Assembly: GCA_037439525.1 (NCBI GenBank)
Contig: JBBIVW010000003.1
Span: 124,393 to 188,392, forward strand
Source of the DNA: Anaerolineae bacterium
Lineage (GTDB): Bacteria; Chloroflexota; Anaerolineae; Anaerolineales; UBA4823
DNA: 64,000 bases
Direction of reading: 5' to 3'
Positions 27,472-36,903 of this stretch are shown in pieces (position 1 is the stretch's first letter; the number at the start of each line of letters is the position of its first letter). The notes beneath the pieces were generated by a model. It did not search any database. It was not told where the DNA came from and worked only from the letters and a program-made list of their open reading frames with translations. A program made the translations under genes and the position numbers.

Positions 27472-28905
27472 TCACTCCCACTGGCTGGCGCGTTCAATGG
27501 CGCGCACAATCTTGTAATACCCCGTGCAGCGACACAAATTGCCCGTGAGAGCTTGTTGCACCTCTGCGTGGCTGGGGTGAGGCTGTTCTTCCAATAGATT
27601 CGCGGCGGCCATAATAAACCCTGGCGTGCAGTAGCCACATTGCACCGCACCCTCTTCGATAAACGCCTGCTGCACCGGGTGCAGCTGTCCATCGTGCGCC
27701 AAACCTTCAATAGTGACGATTTCTGCACCGTGTGCACGCGCTGCAGGCACCAGGCAACTCATTACCGCCATGCCATCCAGAAAAACGGTGCATGCGCCAC
27801 ATTCTCCCTCGGCGCATCCCTCCTTTGTGCCGATCAAACCTGCTTCTTCACGAAGCAGGCGTAACAAAGTCTTGTTCTGACCACTGGTAAAAGTATACTC
27901 TTTGCCATTGATGCGTGTGACAATGGGCGTATCCCCTTCGTGTTTCAAGCTATGACTCAATGGCGTCGGAGCTACACCTTTGCCCCAAAGCAGCACGGGC
28001 TTTTGAGGGAAATCGCGCCGCTCTTCGCCCCGCCAGATTGACCTTAATAGACGCGCCACAACGACGCGCACCATTTCGAAACGATATGCAGCGCTGCCGC
28101 GAAGGTCGTCGATTGGGCGAGCGGCGTTGCGCGCCAGAGTGGCTGCTTGGGCAATGACCTCTTCAGAAAGCACTTTGCCTCTCAGAAAAGCCTCTGCTTC
28201 GGAAGCATGGATGACCTGCGGAGCAACAGCCCCCAAGGTAATGATTGCCCGCTGAATTGGGCGCTCGGTGAACTCGGATGTGTGGGAAGGTTCAAAGTGC
28301 AACACCACTGCAGCGTTCACCACAGAAATCGCCTGAGCGCGGCGCAAGCCCAGCTTGTAAAACGCGCCGCGCGCGTGGGGTTGCAACGCCGGGAACTCGA
28401 TCTCACTAAGCAACTCATCGGACTGCATCACCGTTCTGCGCACGCCAAGATAGAAATCACTTAATGGCACCCAACGCTCCCCATGAAGAGAAACCAACTT
28501 CACCCTTGCGTTCAAAGCCATTAGAGGAGGGATGGTATCATTCGCCGGCGAAGCGGTGATCAGGTTGCCGGCTACGGTGCCACGATTGCGGATTTGAGGT
28601 GCACCGACTTCCCACGCGGCTTGCGCGAGCGGAAAGGCTTTTTCGCGGATCACAGGCGAAGCCGCAACCTGGTTGTGCGTCACCAACGCTCCCAGGTGAA
28701 CATTGCCCGAGTCATCCAGCCAAATGCGATCCCACTCCGGGAGGCGCGTCACATCAATGAGCACTTCGATGCCCTTTCGCACACCCCTCTCCATTTCAAT
28801 GAGCAAGTCCGTTCCACCGGCGATGATGCGCGCCCGCGCGCCATATTCTGCAAGCAGTCGAAGGGGTTCATCTACTTGATGTACACTGTAATAAGCCTTC
28901 CACAT
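27472..28905 (-). CDS. molybdenum hydroxylase FAD-binding subunit fused to a [2Fe-2S] small-subunit module (CoxM-CoxS-like fusion)
   Basis: The N-terminal half carries IIAGGTDLL...RNRGTVAGNL (FAD_binding_5). The C-terminal half carries GCAEGECGACTVFLDG, QCGYCTPGF and NLCRCTGY (two 2Fe-2S sites). Confidence 0.9.
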   Translation of the reverse strand: MWKAYYSVHQVDEPLRLLAEYGARARIIAGGTDLLIEMERGVRKGIEVLIDVTRLPEWDRIWLDDSGNVHLGALVTHNQVAASPVIREKAFPLAQAAWEVGAPQIRNRGTVAGNLITASPANDTIPPLMALNARVKLVSLHGERWVPLSDFYLGVRRTVMQSDELLSEIEFPALQPHARGAFYKLGLRRAQAISVVNAAVVLHFEPSHTSEFTERPIQRAIITLGAVAPQVIHASEAEAFLRGKVLSEEVIAQAATLARNAARPIDDLRGSAAYRFEMVRVVVARLLRSIWRGEERRDFPQKPVLLWGKGVAPTPLSHSLKHEGDTPIVTRINGKEYTFTSGQNKTLLRLLREEAGLIGTKEGCAEGECGACTVFLDGMAVMSCLVPAARAHGAEIVTIEGLAHDGQLHPVQQAFIEEGAVQCGYCTPGFIMAAANLLEEQPHPSHAEVQQALTGNLCRCTGYYKIVRAIERASQWE

Positions 28906-28928
28906 CGTTTCCGTTCTCCTGACATTGA

Positions 28929-29756
28929 TTATGTTTCATGATGCTCTAACATCGCCACATCATTGGCTGCATGCGACATGGCTTCACCGCTACCGCCCTG
29001 GCGTAGCATGATGACTTCCGCCAGGATGCTGACCGCAATTTCCTCGGGCGTTTCTGCCTGGATCTCCAAGCCAATAGGCGAACGCACGCGGTCGAGTTTC
29101 TCTTGAGGCACACCTTGAGCAAGCAACTGTTTACGCGTTGTAGCCCAACGTCTTCGAGACCCAATGATGCCGATATAAGCTGCAGGGCTATCCAACAATG
29201 GGGGTAACCCCGGAACATCGATCGTCACCCCGCGGGTGGTCAAGACAATGTATGTCCAGGGGGTGATTTCCATTTTGCGGGGAATCTCTGCCATGGGCAT
29301 GAGCAGGTATTCGTGAGCCTCTGGTACAGCTCGAGGGTTGCAGAACTCGGGTCGGTCGTCGCTGAGGACAACGCGAAACCCCAGCCAGTTCCCCAAATGC
29401 ACCACAGCTTTACCGACATGCCCGCCACCGATGACCAACAAAGTCGGCTTAGGTAGAATAGGCTCCAAAAATACCTCCAGTTGTCCGCCGCAAACGCCCG
29501 GATCGCCGCGTTCGGGGTCCACCATATTATATTCCAGCAGTTTGGGGCTGCCATGGCGAAGCGCTTCAAGGGCTTCGTGAATCACGCGATTCTCCAACTC
29601 CCCCCCGCCTATGGATCCCACAATGGCACCATCCGGGTAGACAAGCATCTTACTACCTGTATGGCGCGGCGTGGATCCGCGGCTGCGGATTAGGGTGCAC
29701 AACACACCTGCTTTTCCCTCCGCCTCCAATCGAGCAAGCGCCTCATAAATCGACAT
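28929..29756 (-). CDS. XdhC/CoxI family molybdenum-cofactor insertion chaperone
   Basis: An N-terminal XdhC_CoxI block (LCTLIRSRGSTPR...GSIGGGELE) and a C-terminal Rossmann-like block (LLVIGGGHVGKAV). Confidence 0.85.
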   Translation of the reverse strand: MSIYEALARLEAEGKAGVLCTLIRSRGSTPRHTGSKMLVYPDGAIVGSIGGGELENRVIHEALEALRHGSPKLLEYNMVDPERGDPGVCGGQLEVFLEPILPKPTLLVIGGGHVGKAVVHLGNWLGFRVVLSDDRPEFCNPRAVPEAHEYLLMPMAEIPRKMEITPWTYIVLTTRGVTIDVPGLPPLLDSPAAYIGIIGSRRRWATTRKQLLAQGVPQEKLDRVRSPIGLEIQAETPEEIAVSILAEVIMLRQGGSGEAMSHAANDVAMLEHHET

Positions 29757-29757
29757 C

Positions 29758-31104
29758 TCAGTCCTCCAATAAACCCAAAACTACCGGTAAAAGCTGCTTT
29801 TTGCGCGAAACAACCCCTTCCGCCAGCCAGGTGCCGTCCGGTTGGGGCAAATAAGGCAACTCATCAAGAACGGATGGCGGATTGACGGGCAGCAAGCGAC
29901 TGGCATTGTTGACCACATCCGTAACCATCAACATGGCAAAATCCAACCCCTGTTTCTGGCGGAACTCATCCAATGCGCTTCTCAGGCTAGACAAATGTTC
30001 ATCCATCTCCAACAGGTCGGTGACTTCTGCTTGAGCGATGGCAAATTGAAACTCGCCTGCCTGGTATATTTTCATGTCCGTGGTGACGATTTCATGCGCC
30101 TCGCGCGTTGCCAGCCCTGCGCTCGCGGCAAGCACTTGTTTCCCATAATTCTCCAAGTTTTCATGGGCTAAAGGCCCATTAGCGACAAATGCCCAACGCG
30201 CCAGTCGTTCGGCAGCATACCGATCGCGCTCGGTAGTGGTTGGAGATGTCAGGGTGAGTGTATCCGAAAGCAACCCGGCAAGCAACAAACCGGCGATCGG
30301 TGGAGGGGCGCTCAACCCAGCTTCCTCGGTGCGCTCAGAGATCAAAGTGCTGGTGCTGCCTACCACATCCACTGAAAAGCGAATGGGTGCATGAGTAGGC
30401 ATGTTTCCTAGGCGATGATGGTCCAGAACCTCAATCAACTCGGCTTCATCCAGCGAACCCAGCGCTTGAGACGGTTCATTGTGATCTACCAGGATCACGC
30501 GCAAGCGAGGCGGGTTAAGCACATCCCGTTGGCGGCAGACTCCCAAATAAGCACCATGTTCATCAACAATGAGAAATTCGTTGTGTTCTTCGCGCAGGAT
30601 GCGTTGAATCACGTCGCGGATGCGCGTTTGGGATTGAAAACGCGGCACACTGGTGTCGCAAACCTCACGGCAGGGGAGTTCCAACATCTCCGCCAGGCGG
30701 GTTTCCTGCAGAGGCGGGCGCGGTCCAACCATCCGAGCGAGACGCTCAAACAGGCTCCAGCCGGTGATCAGCCCCAGCGGTTTGCCGGTTTTGCCATCTA
30801 CAATTGGCGCGACCCCACCGGCGCGGTTGAGGATTGCCCAGGCATCCCTTAATCGGCTATCTGGCGCGGCGGTATCCAGGCGCCGGGTGATAGAGGAGAA
30901 GCGCGGCGAGGCATCGGTAAGCAACTGTGGGGCTTCCAGGTTCAGGCGCTTCAGCACCCATTGGGTTTGAGGGTTAATCGGGCCAGCGCGCGCGGCAACC
31001 GTCTCCTCACCATCGCGCGCTTGCAACAGCCAGGCGTATCCCACCGCAGCGGCAATGGAATCGGTATCCGGGTTGACATGTCCAATCACATATACCGGCG
31101 CCAT
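29758..31104 (-). CDS. CBS-domain family II inorganic pyrophosphatase (DHH, CBS pair, DHHA2)
   Basis: GHVNPDTDSI, VDHNE and LDHHRLG DHH motifs with an inserted CBS pair, plus a C-terminal DHHA2-like region. The ATG at 31104 lies immediately after the upstream stop (31107). Confidence 0.8.
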   Translation of the reverse strand: MAPVYVIGHVNPDTDSIAAAVGYAWLLQARDGEETVAARAGPINPQTQWVLKRLNLEAPQLLTDASPRFSSITRRLDTAAPDSRLRDAWAILNRAGGVAPIVDGKTGKPLGLITGWSLFERLARMVGPRPPLQETRLAEMLELPCREVCDTSVPRFQSQTRIRDVIQRILREEHNEFLIVDEHGAYLGVCRQRDVLNPPRLRVILVDHNEPSQALGSLDEAELIEVLDHHRLGNMPTHAPIRFSVDVVGSTSTLISERTEEAGLSAPPPIAGLLLAGLLSDTLTLTSPTTTERDRYAAERLARWAFVANGPLAHENLENYGKQVLAASAGLATREAHEIVTTDMKIYQAGEFQFAIAQAEVTDLLEMDEHLSSLRSALDEFRQKQGLDFAMLMVTDVVNNASRLLPVNPPSVLDELPYLPQPDGTWLAEGVVSRKKQLLPVVLGLLED

Positions 31105-31106
31105 GT

Positions 31107-34100
31107 TCACCCCTGCACCTTGAGCTGCAAGCAGCGCCATACCTTTTCAGGCGTGAGGGGGTTGGCATCTATATCCGCGCCACAGGCATCATACACTGCA
31201 TTAGCCACCGCAGGCGCGACGCCATCCATGGGTATTTCGGCGACTGCTTTGACACCAAAAGGATGCGAAGGTTCCTGAGTTTCGATAAAAATCGTCTCCA
31301 AAGCAGGCATTTCGTGCGCTTGAAAGATGTGGTAATCGCGCAGATCGTGCTCGCGCGCCCTGCCGAATTCGTCGTAGCGCATCTCTTCGCATACAGCGTA
31401 GCCCAAAGCTTGGGTCATTCCGCCTTCGATTTGCCCGGAGGCGGTCAAGGGGTTGACAATGACGCCCGAATCGACCGCCATCACCAGTCTATCAACTACA
31501 ACCTGACCGGTTTCGATATCCACGGTGACTTCAGCGAATTGGGCGGCAAATGGTGGAGGGGAGACCGGCGACATGAACGAAGCCACAGCCATAATCTGTT
31601 CCTGGTCGGTATGATGCAGAGAATGCAATGCCACTTCCGCCAAGGTGACGGCGCGGCCGTCGGGTGCTATGGCTTGGCGCTCTGCAAGCACAAGGTCCTC
31701 TGCTTCCACCACAGGCAGTCCTTCTTCTGAGCGCGCGTTGAGAATGCGCGCCGCGCGCTGGCGGATCTTCTCCGCCACCTGCTGCGCAGCTTTGACAACC
31801 GCCCCCCCAGAGATGTAGGTGGTGCTGGAGGCATAGGCACCTTTATCAAACGGAGTGAAATCCGTGTCTGAGGAATATACTATGACATCCTCCAACGGCA
31901 CGCCCAACACCTCGGCGGCCATTTGAGCCAGGACCGTATCCGAACCGGTGCCTAGATCGGTCGCACCCACCAACAAGTTGAAAGAGCCATCATCATTGAG
32001 CTTGATGCTCGCCGCACCCATGTCCAGATAGGGGATGGCAGTGCCCTGCATCACCAGGGCAACCCCAATGCCGCGGCGTAAAAAGGGTTTGCCCGGTATG
32101 TGATGCCAGGCCGAGTTGTTAAACTTTCCATCCCAGCCGATCAGCGCCTTCCCTTGACGTACACATTCTTCTAATCCGCAGGTGAGGATGGTCTCGGGGC
32201 GCGGTTCGCGCCCCTCGCTCCAGGCAGTGCTGAAGGGGTGCAGCTCCCCGGCGCGCAGGGCATTTTTCAAGCGGAACTCCAGAGGGTCCAGATTCAGCGC
32301 GCGGGCGATTTTTTCCATGTGGCGCTCCACCGCCCAAAAGCCTTGGGGCACACCGTAACCGCGGTACGCCCCTGCCGGAGGGTGATTGGTGTACACCACA
32401 TCGGCATAAAAGCGGATGTTCGGCGATTGACGGTATTTGCCATCGCCGACATAAAGCGCCATGGATTTGTGTCCCGTGTTGCCGGTGACGGTAAGCGCAT
32501 GACAGCCATAGGCGCCGGTATCGGTGAGCACATGCATGGCATTGGCGGTGAGGGTACCGTCCTTTTTTACCCCGGTCTTCATGCGGATGCGCATAGGATG
32601 GCGCGAACGTCCGGCGATGAACTCCTCCTCGCGGGTGTACTCATAATACACGGGCCGACCGGTTGCAATGGTCAGGTGTGCAGCCACATCTTCAATGAGC
32701 ACCTCCTGCTTACCACCAAAGCCCCCGCCGATGCGCGGTTTGATCACGCGAATGCGCTTCATCGGCAAGCCCAATACCGGCGCCAGAATGCGCCGCGCAT
32801 GAAAGGGCACTTGGGTGCTGGTGCGAATCACCAGCCGATCGTCTTCGTCCCAGTAGGTGATGACTACATGCGGCTCAATGTGCGCCTGGTTGACCTTGGG
32901 GACTTCGTACTCAGCCTCAAAAATGTGGTCCGCTTCTGCAAAACCCTGCTCCACATCCCCAATGTCGATGCGGATCTCTGCAGCCAGGTTGCGGTGCGGG
33001 TCAGACTCGGCGAAATTGACGTACTCTGGCTCATCGTGCAAAATGGGGGCACCCGGCTGCATTGCCTGACGAGAATCCAACAAGGCAGGTAGAATTTCGT
33101 ATTCGACTTCGATAAGTTCCAATGCCTTTTCGGCGATTTCGGCGGTTTCAGCGGCCACAAAAGCCACCCGGTCGCCGACAAAGCGTACCTTGTTATCCAG
33201 GGAAAAGGTATCCAGGGGACCCGGGATGGGGTCGGACTGCCCGGCGGTGGAAAATGCCACGCGGGGGATATCCTCCCAGGTGAGCACTGCAGCCACTCCA
33301 GGCAAGGCGCGCGCTTTACTGGCGTCAATGCGTTTAATTCCCGCATGGGCATAAGGGCTGCGCAACACACGCGCAATCAACAAATCGCGTTTCTCGAAGT
33401 CGGCAGCGAAAGCCGGATTGCCCTGCACCAGTTTATAGGCATCCACCTTCACCTCGGGCGACCCGACGCGTTGCAAGCGCGGCATCTGTTCCGCAAGATG
33501 GATACGAGGCATAATCCGCGTGCGTAACAAGGCAGGGGAGATTGGTCCACCAGGCAAGTCTTCCGCCTCACCTCCCAAGTCATCCTTTGGCAACCACTCT
33601 GACGGCGCGGGGATCAACTCCTGTTCCCACTCTTCATCATCTACGGGCGGCACATCTTCGCCGCGCAGGCGCGCCGCGGCGCGTAATACCGCCTGCACCG
33701 GCTTGAGATATCCCGTGCAACGGCATAGCACGCCAGAAAGGGCTTCGCGCACCTGCTCCTCGTTGGGGTCAGGGTTTTGCTCAAGCAACTGACGGGCTGC
33801 CAGCACCTGCGCGGGAGTGCAATAGCCACATTGAATGGCTCCAGTTTCCACAAAAGCATGTTGAATCGGGTGCAATCCAGAGCTGGGCTTCCAGCCACGT
33901 TCGGGATGCTCGCCAAGCGCCTCGATGGCTTCAATTGAATGCCCTTCAGCCTGAGCAGCAAGGATCAAGCAGGCATTCACCGCTTTACCATCGAGTAAAA
34001 TCGTACATGCGCCACATTCTCCGGTCTCACATCCATGTTTGACACCGAAAAACCCCAATTTGCGCAGCACGCCAAGTAGCGTGTCCTTTGGAGAAGCGAC

Positions 34101-34142
34101 GAGTGAGTGCTTTTTATGGTTGATTTCCAAAGTAATTCTCAT
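31107..34142 (-). CDS. molybdenum hydroxylase large subunit fused to an N-terminal [2Fe-2S] module (XdhD/aldehyde-oxidase-like)
   Basis: GCETGECGACTILLDG, QCGYCTPAQ and LCRCTGY are followed by about 800 aa of molybdopterin-binding domain (GGGFGGK and GQIEGG blocks). Confidence 0.9.
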   Translation of the reverse strand: MRITLEINHKKHSLVASPKDTLLGVLRKLGFFGVKHGCETGECGACTILLDGKAVNACLILAAQAEGHSIEAIEALGEHPERGWKPSSGLHPIQHAFVETGAIQCGYCTPAQVLAARQLLEQNPDPNEEQVREALSGVLCRCTGYLKPVQAVLRAAARLRGEDVPPVDDEEWEQELIPAPSEWLPKDDLGGEAEDLPGGPISPALLRTRIMPRIHLAEQMPRLQRVGSPEVKVDAYKLVQGNPAFAADFEKRDLLIARVLRSPYAHAGIKRIDASKARALPGVAAVLTWEDIPRVAFSTAGQSDPIPGPLDTFSLDNKVRFVGDRVAFVAAETAEIAEKALELIEVEYEILPALLDSRQAMQPGAPILHDEPEYVNFAESDPHRNLAAEIRIDIGDVEQGFAEADHIFEAEYEVPKVNQAHIEPHVVITYWDEDDRLVIRTSTQVPFHARRILAPVLGLPMKRIRVIKPRIGGGFGGKQEVLIEDVAAHLTIATGRPVYYEYTREEEFIAGRSRHPMRIRMKTGVKKDGTLTANAMHVLTDTGAYGCHALTVTGNTGHKSMALYVGDGKYRQSPNIRFYADVVYTNHPPAGAYRGYGVPQGFWAVERHMEKIARALNLDPLEFRLKNALRAGELHPFSTAWSEGREPRPETILTCGLEECVRQGKALIGWDGKFNNSAWHHIPGKPFLRRGIGVALVMQGTAIPYLDMGAASIKLNDDGSFNLLVGATDLGTGSDTVLAQMAAEVLGVPLEDVIVYSSDTDFTPFDKGAYASSTTYISGGAVVKAAQQVAEKIRQRAARILNARSEEGLPVVEAEDLVLAERQAIAPDGRAVTLAEVALHSLHHTDQEQIMAVASFMSPVSPPPFAAQFAEVTVDIETGQVVVDRLVMAVDSGVIVNPLTASGQIEGGMTQALGYAVCEEMRYDEFGRAREHDLRDYHIFQAHEMPALETIFIETQEPSHPFGVKAVAEIPMDGVAPAVANAVYDACGADIDANPLTPEKVWRCLQLKVQG

Positions 34143-34370
34143 ATTGTTTCCAATCTCGACATCTGATCATGAAAAATGACAAACCCTTTGAGCAAACCTC
34201 CAGGGGTCAACAGGCATAAAAAACATTGAAAAGCCTCAAAGCATATTTTACCCTCTTTCTCACCTAAACAGCCTGCCGCAAGCGTTAGAGCCATGGGTAT
34301 AAGCCAGCAAAAGTCGGTTTCAGAGCCCCTTTTTTGGACGAGATTGCGTCCAGAAATTTGATATTAAACC

Positions 34371-34399
34371 TTGACAAAATTTAGACATCATGTTATATT
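34371..34399 (+). promoter_or_regulatory. sigma70-type promoter of the heliorhodopsin operon
   Basis: TTGACA (34371-34376), a 17-nt spacer, then TATATT (34394-34399) with TGT immediately upstream. A GGAG RBS precedes the ATG at 34460. Confidence 0.5.
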
Positions 34400-34459
34400 C
34401 TTACATCATCAGTACCAAATCTGAGGATACCTAAGCCTCGTAATCAATAGGAGAATAAG

Positions 34460-35254
34460 ATGAACACTCAAAAGCCAAGCCTCGGCGAAATCGACAGATA
34501 CGCCTCCCTGCGTCGCTTCAACCTCATCATGGGGTTTTTACATTTGATCCAAGGGGCGTTTATGTGGGTGGTCAGCAACGACACCACCTATCCAATTTTC
34601 ACCAACTTCCTTAAGTTTGACACAGCAACATTCTCGCTCAAGCCGGATTCTGAATTGTTTTATAAACTGCCATTAGGCCCAGCCGTGGCGATCTTCCTGC
34701 TTCTTTCTGCAGTGGCACATTTTTACCTCTCCACCATTGGCTACCAACGGTATGTTGCGGATTTAAAAAGCGGGAAAAATCCAATTCGATTTTATGAATA
34801 TGCCCTCAGTTCATCTTTGATGATCGTGTTGATCGGCATGCTCGCAGGTGTCTGGGACCTGGGCGCCATCCTCCTCATGTTCGCCTTGAACGCGACGATG
34901 AACCTGTTTGGGTTGCTCATGGAAAGCATCAATCAATACACCGAAAAAACCGACTGGACTCCATTTACGTTCGGCTCCATCGCGGGCATCATTCCCTGGG
35001 TGGTGATCTTCATCTACTTCTTTGGCGCAGTTGCCTCTGGCGGCGAGGCCAAGCCGCCTGCATTCGTGTATGCCATCATCCCGACACTTTTCGTCTTCTT
35101 CAACACCTTTGCGGTGAATATGTATCTGCAGTACAAAAAGGTTGGGAAATGGCGAGACTATCTTTACGGTGAACGAGGCTTCATTGTACTCAGCCTGGTA
35201 TCAAAATCCGTGCTCGCTTGGATGATTTTCGCGGGTACGCTTGCGCCAGTTTAG
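34460..35254 (+). CDS. heliorhodopsin (inverted-topology type-1-like retinal protein)
   Basis: 264 aa with 7 TM helices. By recall it aligns along its whole length to heliorhodopsin 48C12: FLHLIQ (His28), AVAHFYL (His87), RFYEYALSSS (counterion Glu113, GAA 34796-34798), LSLVSKSVLAW (Schiff-base Lys249, AAA 35204-35206), and the C-terminal IFAGTLAPV. Confidence 0.9.
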   Translation: MNTQKPSLGEIDRYASLRRFNLIMGFLHLIQGAFMWVVSNDTTYPIFTNFLKFDTATFSLKPDSELFYKLPLGPAVAIFLLLSAVAHFYLSTIGYQRYVADLKSGKNPIRFYEYALSSSLMIVLIGMLAGVWDLGAILLMFALNATMNLFGLLMESINQYTEKTDWTPFTFGSIAGIIPWVVIFIYFFGAVASGGEAKPPAFVYAIIPTLFVFFNTFAVNMYLQYKKVGKWRDYLYGERGFIVLSLVSKSVLAWMIFAGTLAPV

Positions 35255-35262
35255 AATAAACC

Positions 35263-36105
35263 ATGAGCATATCCATACTCACTGACAGCACCTGCGACCT
35301 TCCTGAAGAGGTCATCCAAAAGTACCAGATTGAGGTCGTCCCATTGTTCATTCAAATGGGAGAAAAACAACTGGTTGACGGGATGAATATCACCAAAGAA
35401 GAATTCTACGCCCGTCTGCCGGATTATGATCCGGCGCCCACTACAGCATCGCCAGGCCCGGATATCTTCAAAGAAGCCTACCGGCGCCTGGCTGCCCAGG
35501 GTGCAGAAACCATTCTCTCGCTACATATCTCCGAAGCCCTAAGCGCGACGATCAAGAGCGCTCGTATGGCTGCGCAGGAGATGGACCGCGTTGCCGTGCA
35601 AGTAATCGATTCGGGCCAACTCAGTCTAGGGCTGGGTTTTATGGTTGAAAGAGTTGCTCAGATGGCGCATCGTGGGGCAAGCCTGGAGGAGATCCAGCAC
35701 GAGATCAAAGAGATGCAATCCAGGACATATGTCTTCGCCGCGTTGGATACATTGGAATACCTGCGTCGCAGCGGGCGGATGCACATTGCCCTGGCGCGCT
35801 TTGGGGAGATTCTGCAATTGAAAGCCCTCCTGTACATGCACCAAGGGCGCCCCGAAGCTCATCGCATTCGCACAACCAAAAAAGCAATGCACAAGATGTT
35901 CTCCTGGCTGGAGCACCGCGCGCCGTTCGAAAAGCTGGCAGTCCTGCACGCAGGTGTATACGATAGAGCAAAAGCCTTGCGAGAACAGGTGCAAAAATAC
36001 CTCCCTAGGGAAGAGATCCCAATTACCCAGATCACCCCGGTTTTAGGGGCGCATCTGGGTGTGGGGGCTTTGGGTTTTGCCTGTATGTCACAAACGAAAA
36101 GGTGA
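35263..36105 (+). CDS. DegV family fatty-acid-binding protein
   Basis: MSISILTDSTCDLPEEVIQKYQIEVVPL... is the characteristic DegV N-terminus. The length is 280 aa. Confidence 0.9.
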   Translation: MSISILTDSTCDLPEEVIQKYQIEVVPLFIQMGEKQLVDGMNITKEEFYARLPDYDPAPTTASPGPDIFKEAYRRLAAQGAETILSLHISEALSATIKSARMAAQEMDRVAVQVIDSGQLSLGLGFMVERVAQMAHRGASLEEIQHEIKEMQSRTYVFAALDTLEYLRRSGRMHIALARFGEILQLKALLYMHQGRPEAHRIRTTKKAMHKMFSWLEHRAPFEKLAVLHAGVYDRAKALREQVQKYLPREEIPITQITPVLGAHLGVGALGFACMSQTKR

Positions 36106-36902
36106 ACGAAATGAATTTCATGACACTATGGCTTGAAGCGGGATTAATCATCCTGGGGTTGATGACTACACTCTGGTTGCTCAGCCTGGTGCTGAGAGAT
36201 TCGAGTATCGTAGACATCTTCTGGGGCACGGGTTTTGTGGTCACTTTTTGGGCTGCGGCCGCCCTGCTGCCAGATGGGCTCTCCCCGCGCAGCGTCCTAT
36301 TGGGCATATTGGTTACCATTTGGGGAGTGCGCCTGTCTGCATATATCGGCTACCGCAACATCGGGCACGGGGAGGACTTCCGCTACGCCCAATGGCGGCA
36401 GGAAGCCGGCTCTTCCTGGTGGTGGCGTAGCTTTTTCAAAGTCTTTTTGCTCCAAGGGGTGATCATGTGGCTGGTGGCAGCTCCCCTTCTGGCAGTGCAA
36501 ACCTCCAAAGCAAACGCTTCCATCGGTTGGATGGATCTGCTCGCCGTACTGGTATGGCTAATCGGTTTCATCTTCGAAGCTGGCGGTGACCTGCAACTGG
36601 CTCTTTTCAAACGCAATCCTGAAAACAAGGGGAAACTGTTAACCAGCGGGCTCTGGGGGCTAACCCGCCACCCGAACTATTTTGGAGACGCGTTGCAATG
36701 GTGGGGATTTTACCTATTCGCCCTGATCAGCGCAGGATGGTGGACGGTGTTCAGCCCGCTGATCATGACTTACCTGCTGCGAAACGTATCCGGCGTTGCC
36801 ATGCTGGAGAAATCGCTCAAAGACGCCAAGCCGGGCTACGAAGAATATGTCAGGCGCGTGCCGGCGTTTGTTCCGCGCATACTCCCGAAAAAAGGTGAAT
36901 AA
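36102..36902 (+). CDS. DUF1295 membrane protein (steroid 5-alpha-reductase/ICMT-like superfamily)
   Basis: Polytopic protein with the C-terminal block GLWGLTRHPNYFGDALQWWGFY. It overlaps degV by 4 nt. Confidence 0.8.
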   Translation: MNEMNFMTLWLEAGLIILGLMTTLWLLSLVLRDSSIVDIFWGTGFVVTFWAAAALLPDGLSPRSVLLGILVTIWGVRLSAYIGYRNIGHGEDFRYAQWRQEAGSSWWWRSFFKVFLLQGVIMWLVAAPLLAVQTSKANASIGWMDLLAVLVWLIGFIFEAGGDLQLALFKRNPENKGKLLTSGLWGLTRHPNYFGDALQWWGFYLFALISAGWWTVFSPLIMTYLLRNVSGVAMLEKSLKDAKPGYEEYVRRVPAFVPRILPKKGE

Positions 36903-36903
36903 C

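Noticed and set aside
32238-33092. 284-aa plus-strand ORF
   Set aside because: It is antisense to the molybdopterin-binding domain of the 1011-aa subunit and has no motifs.
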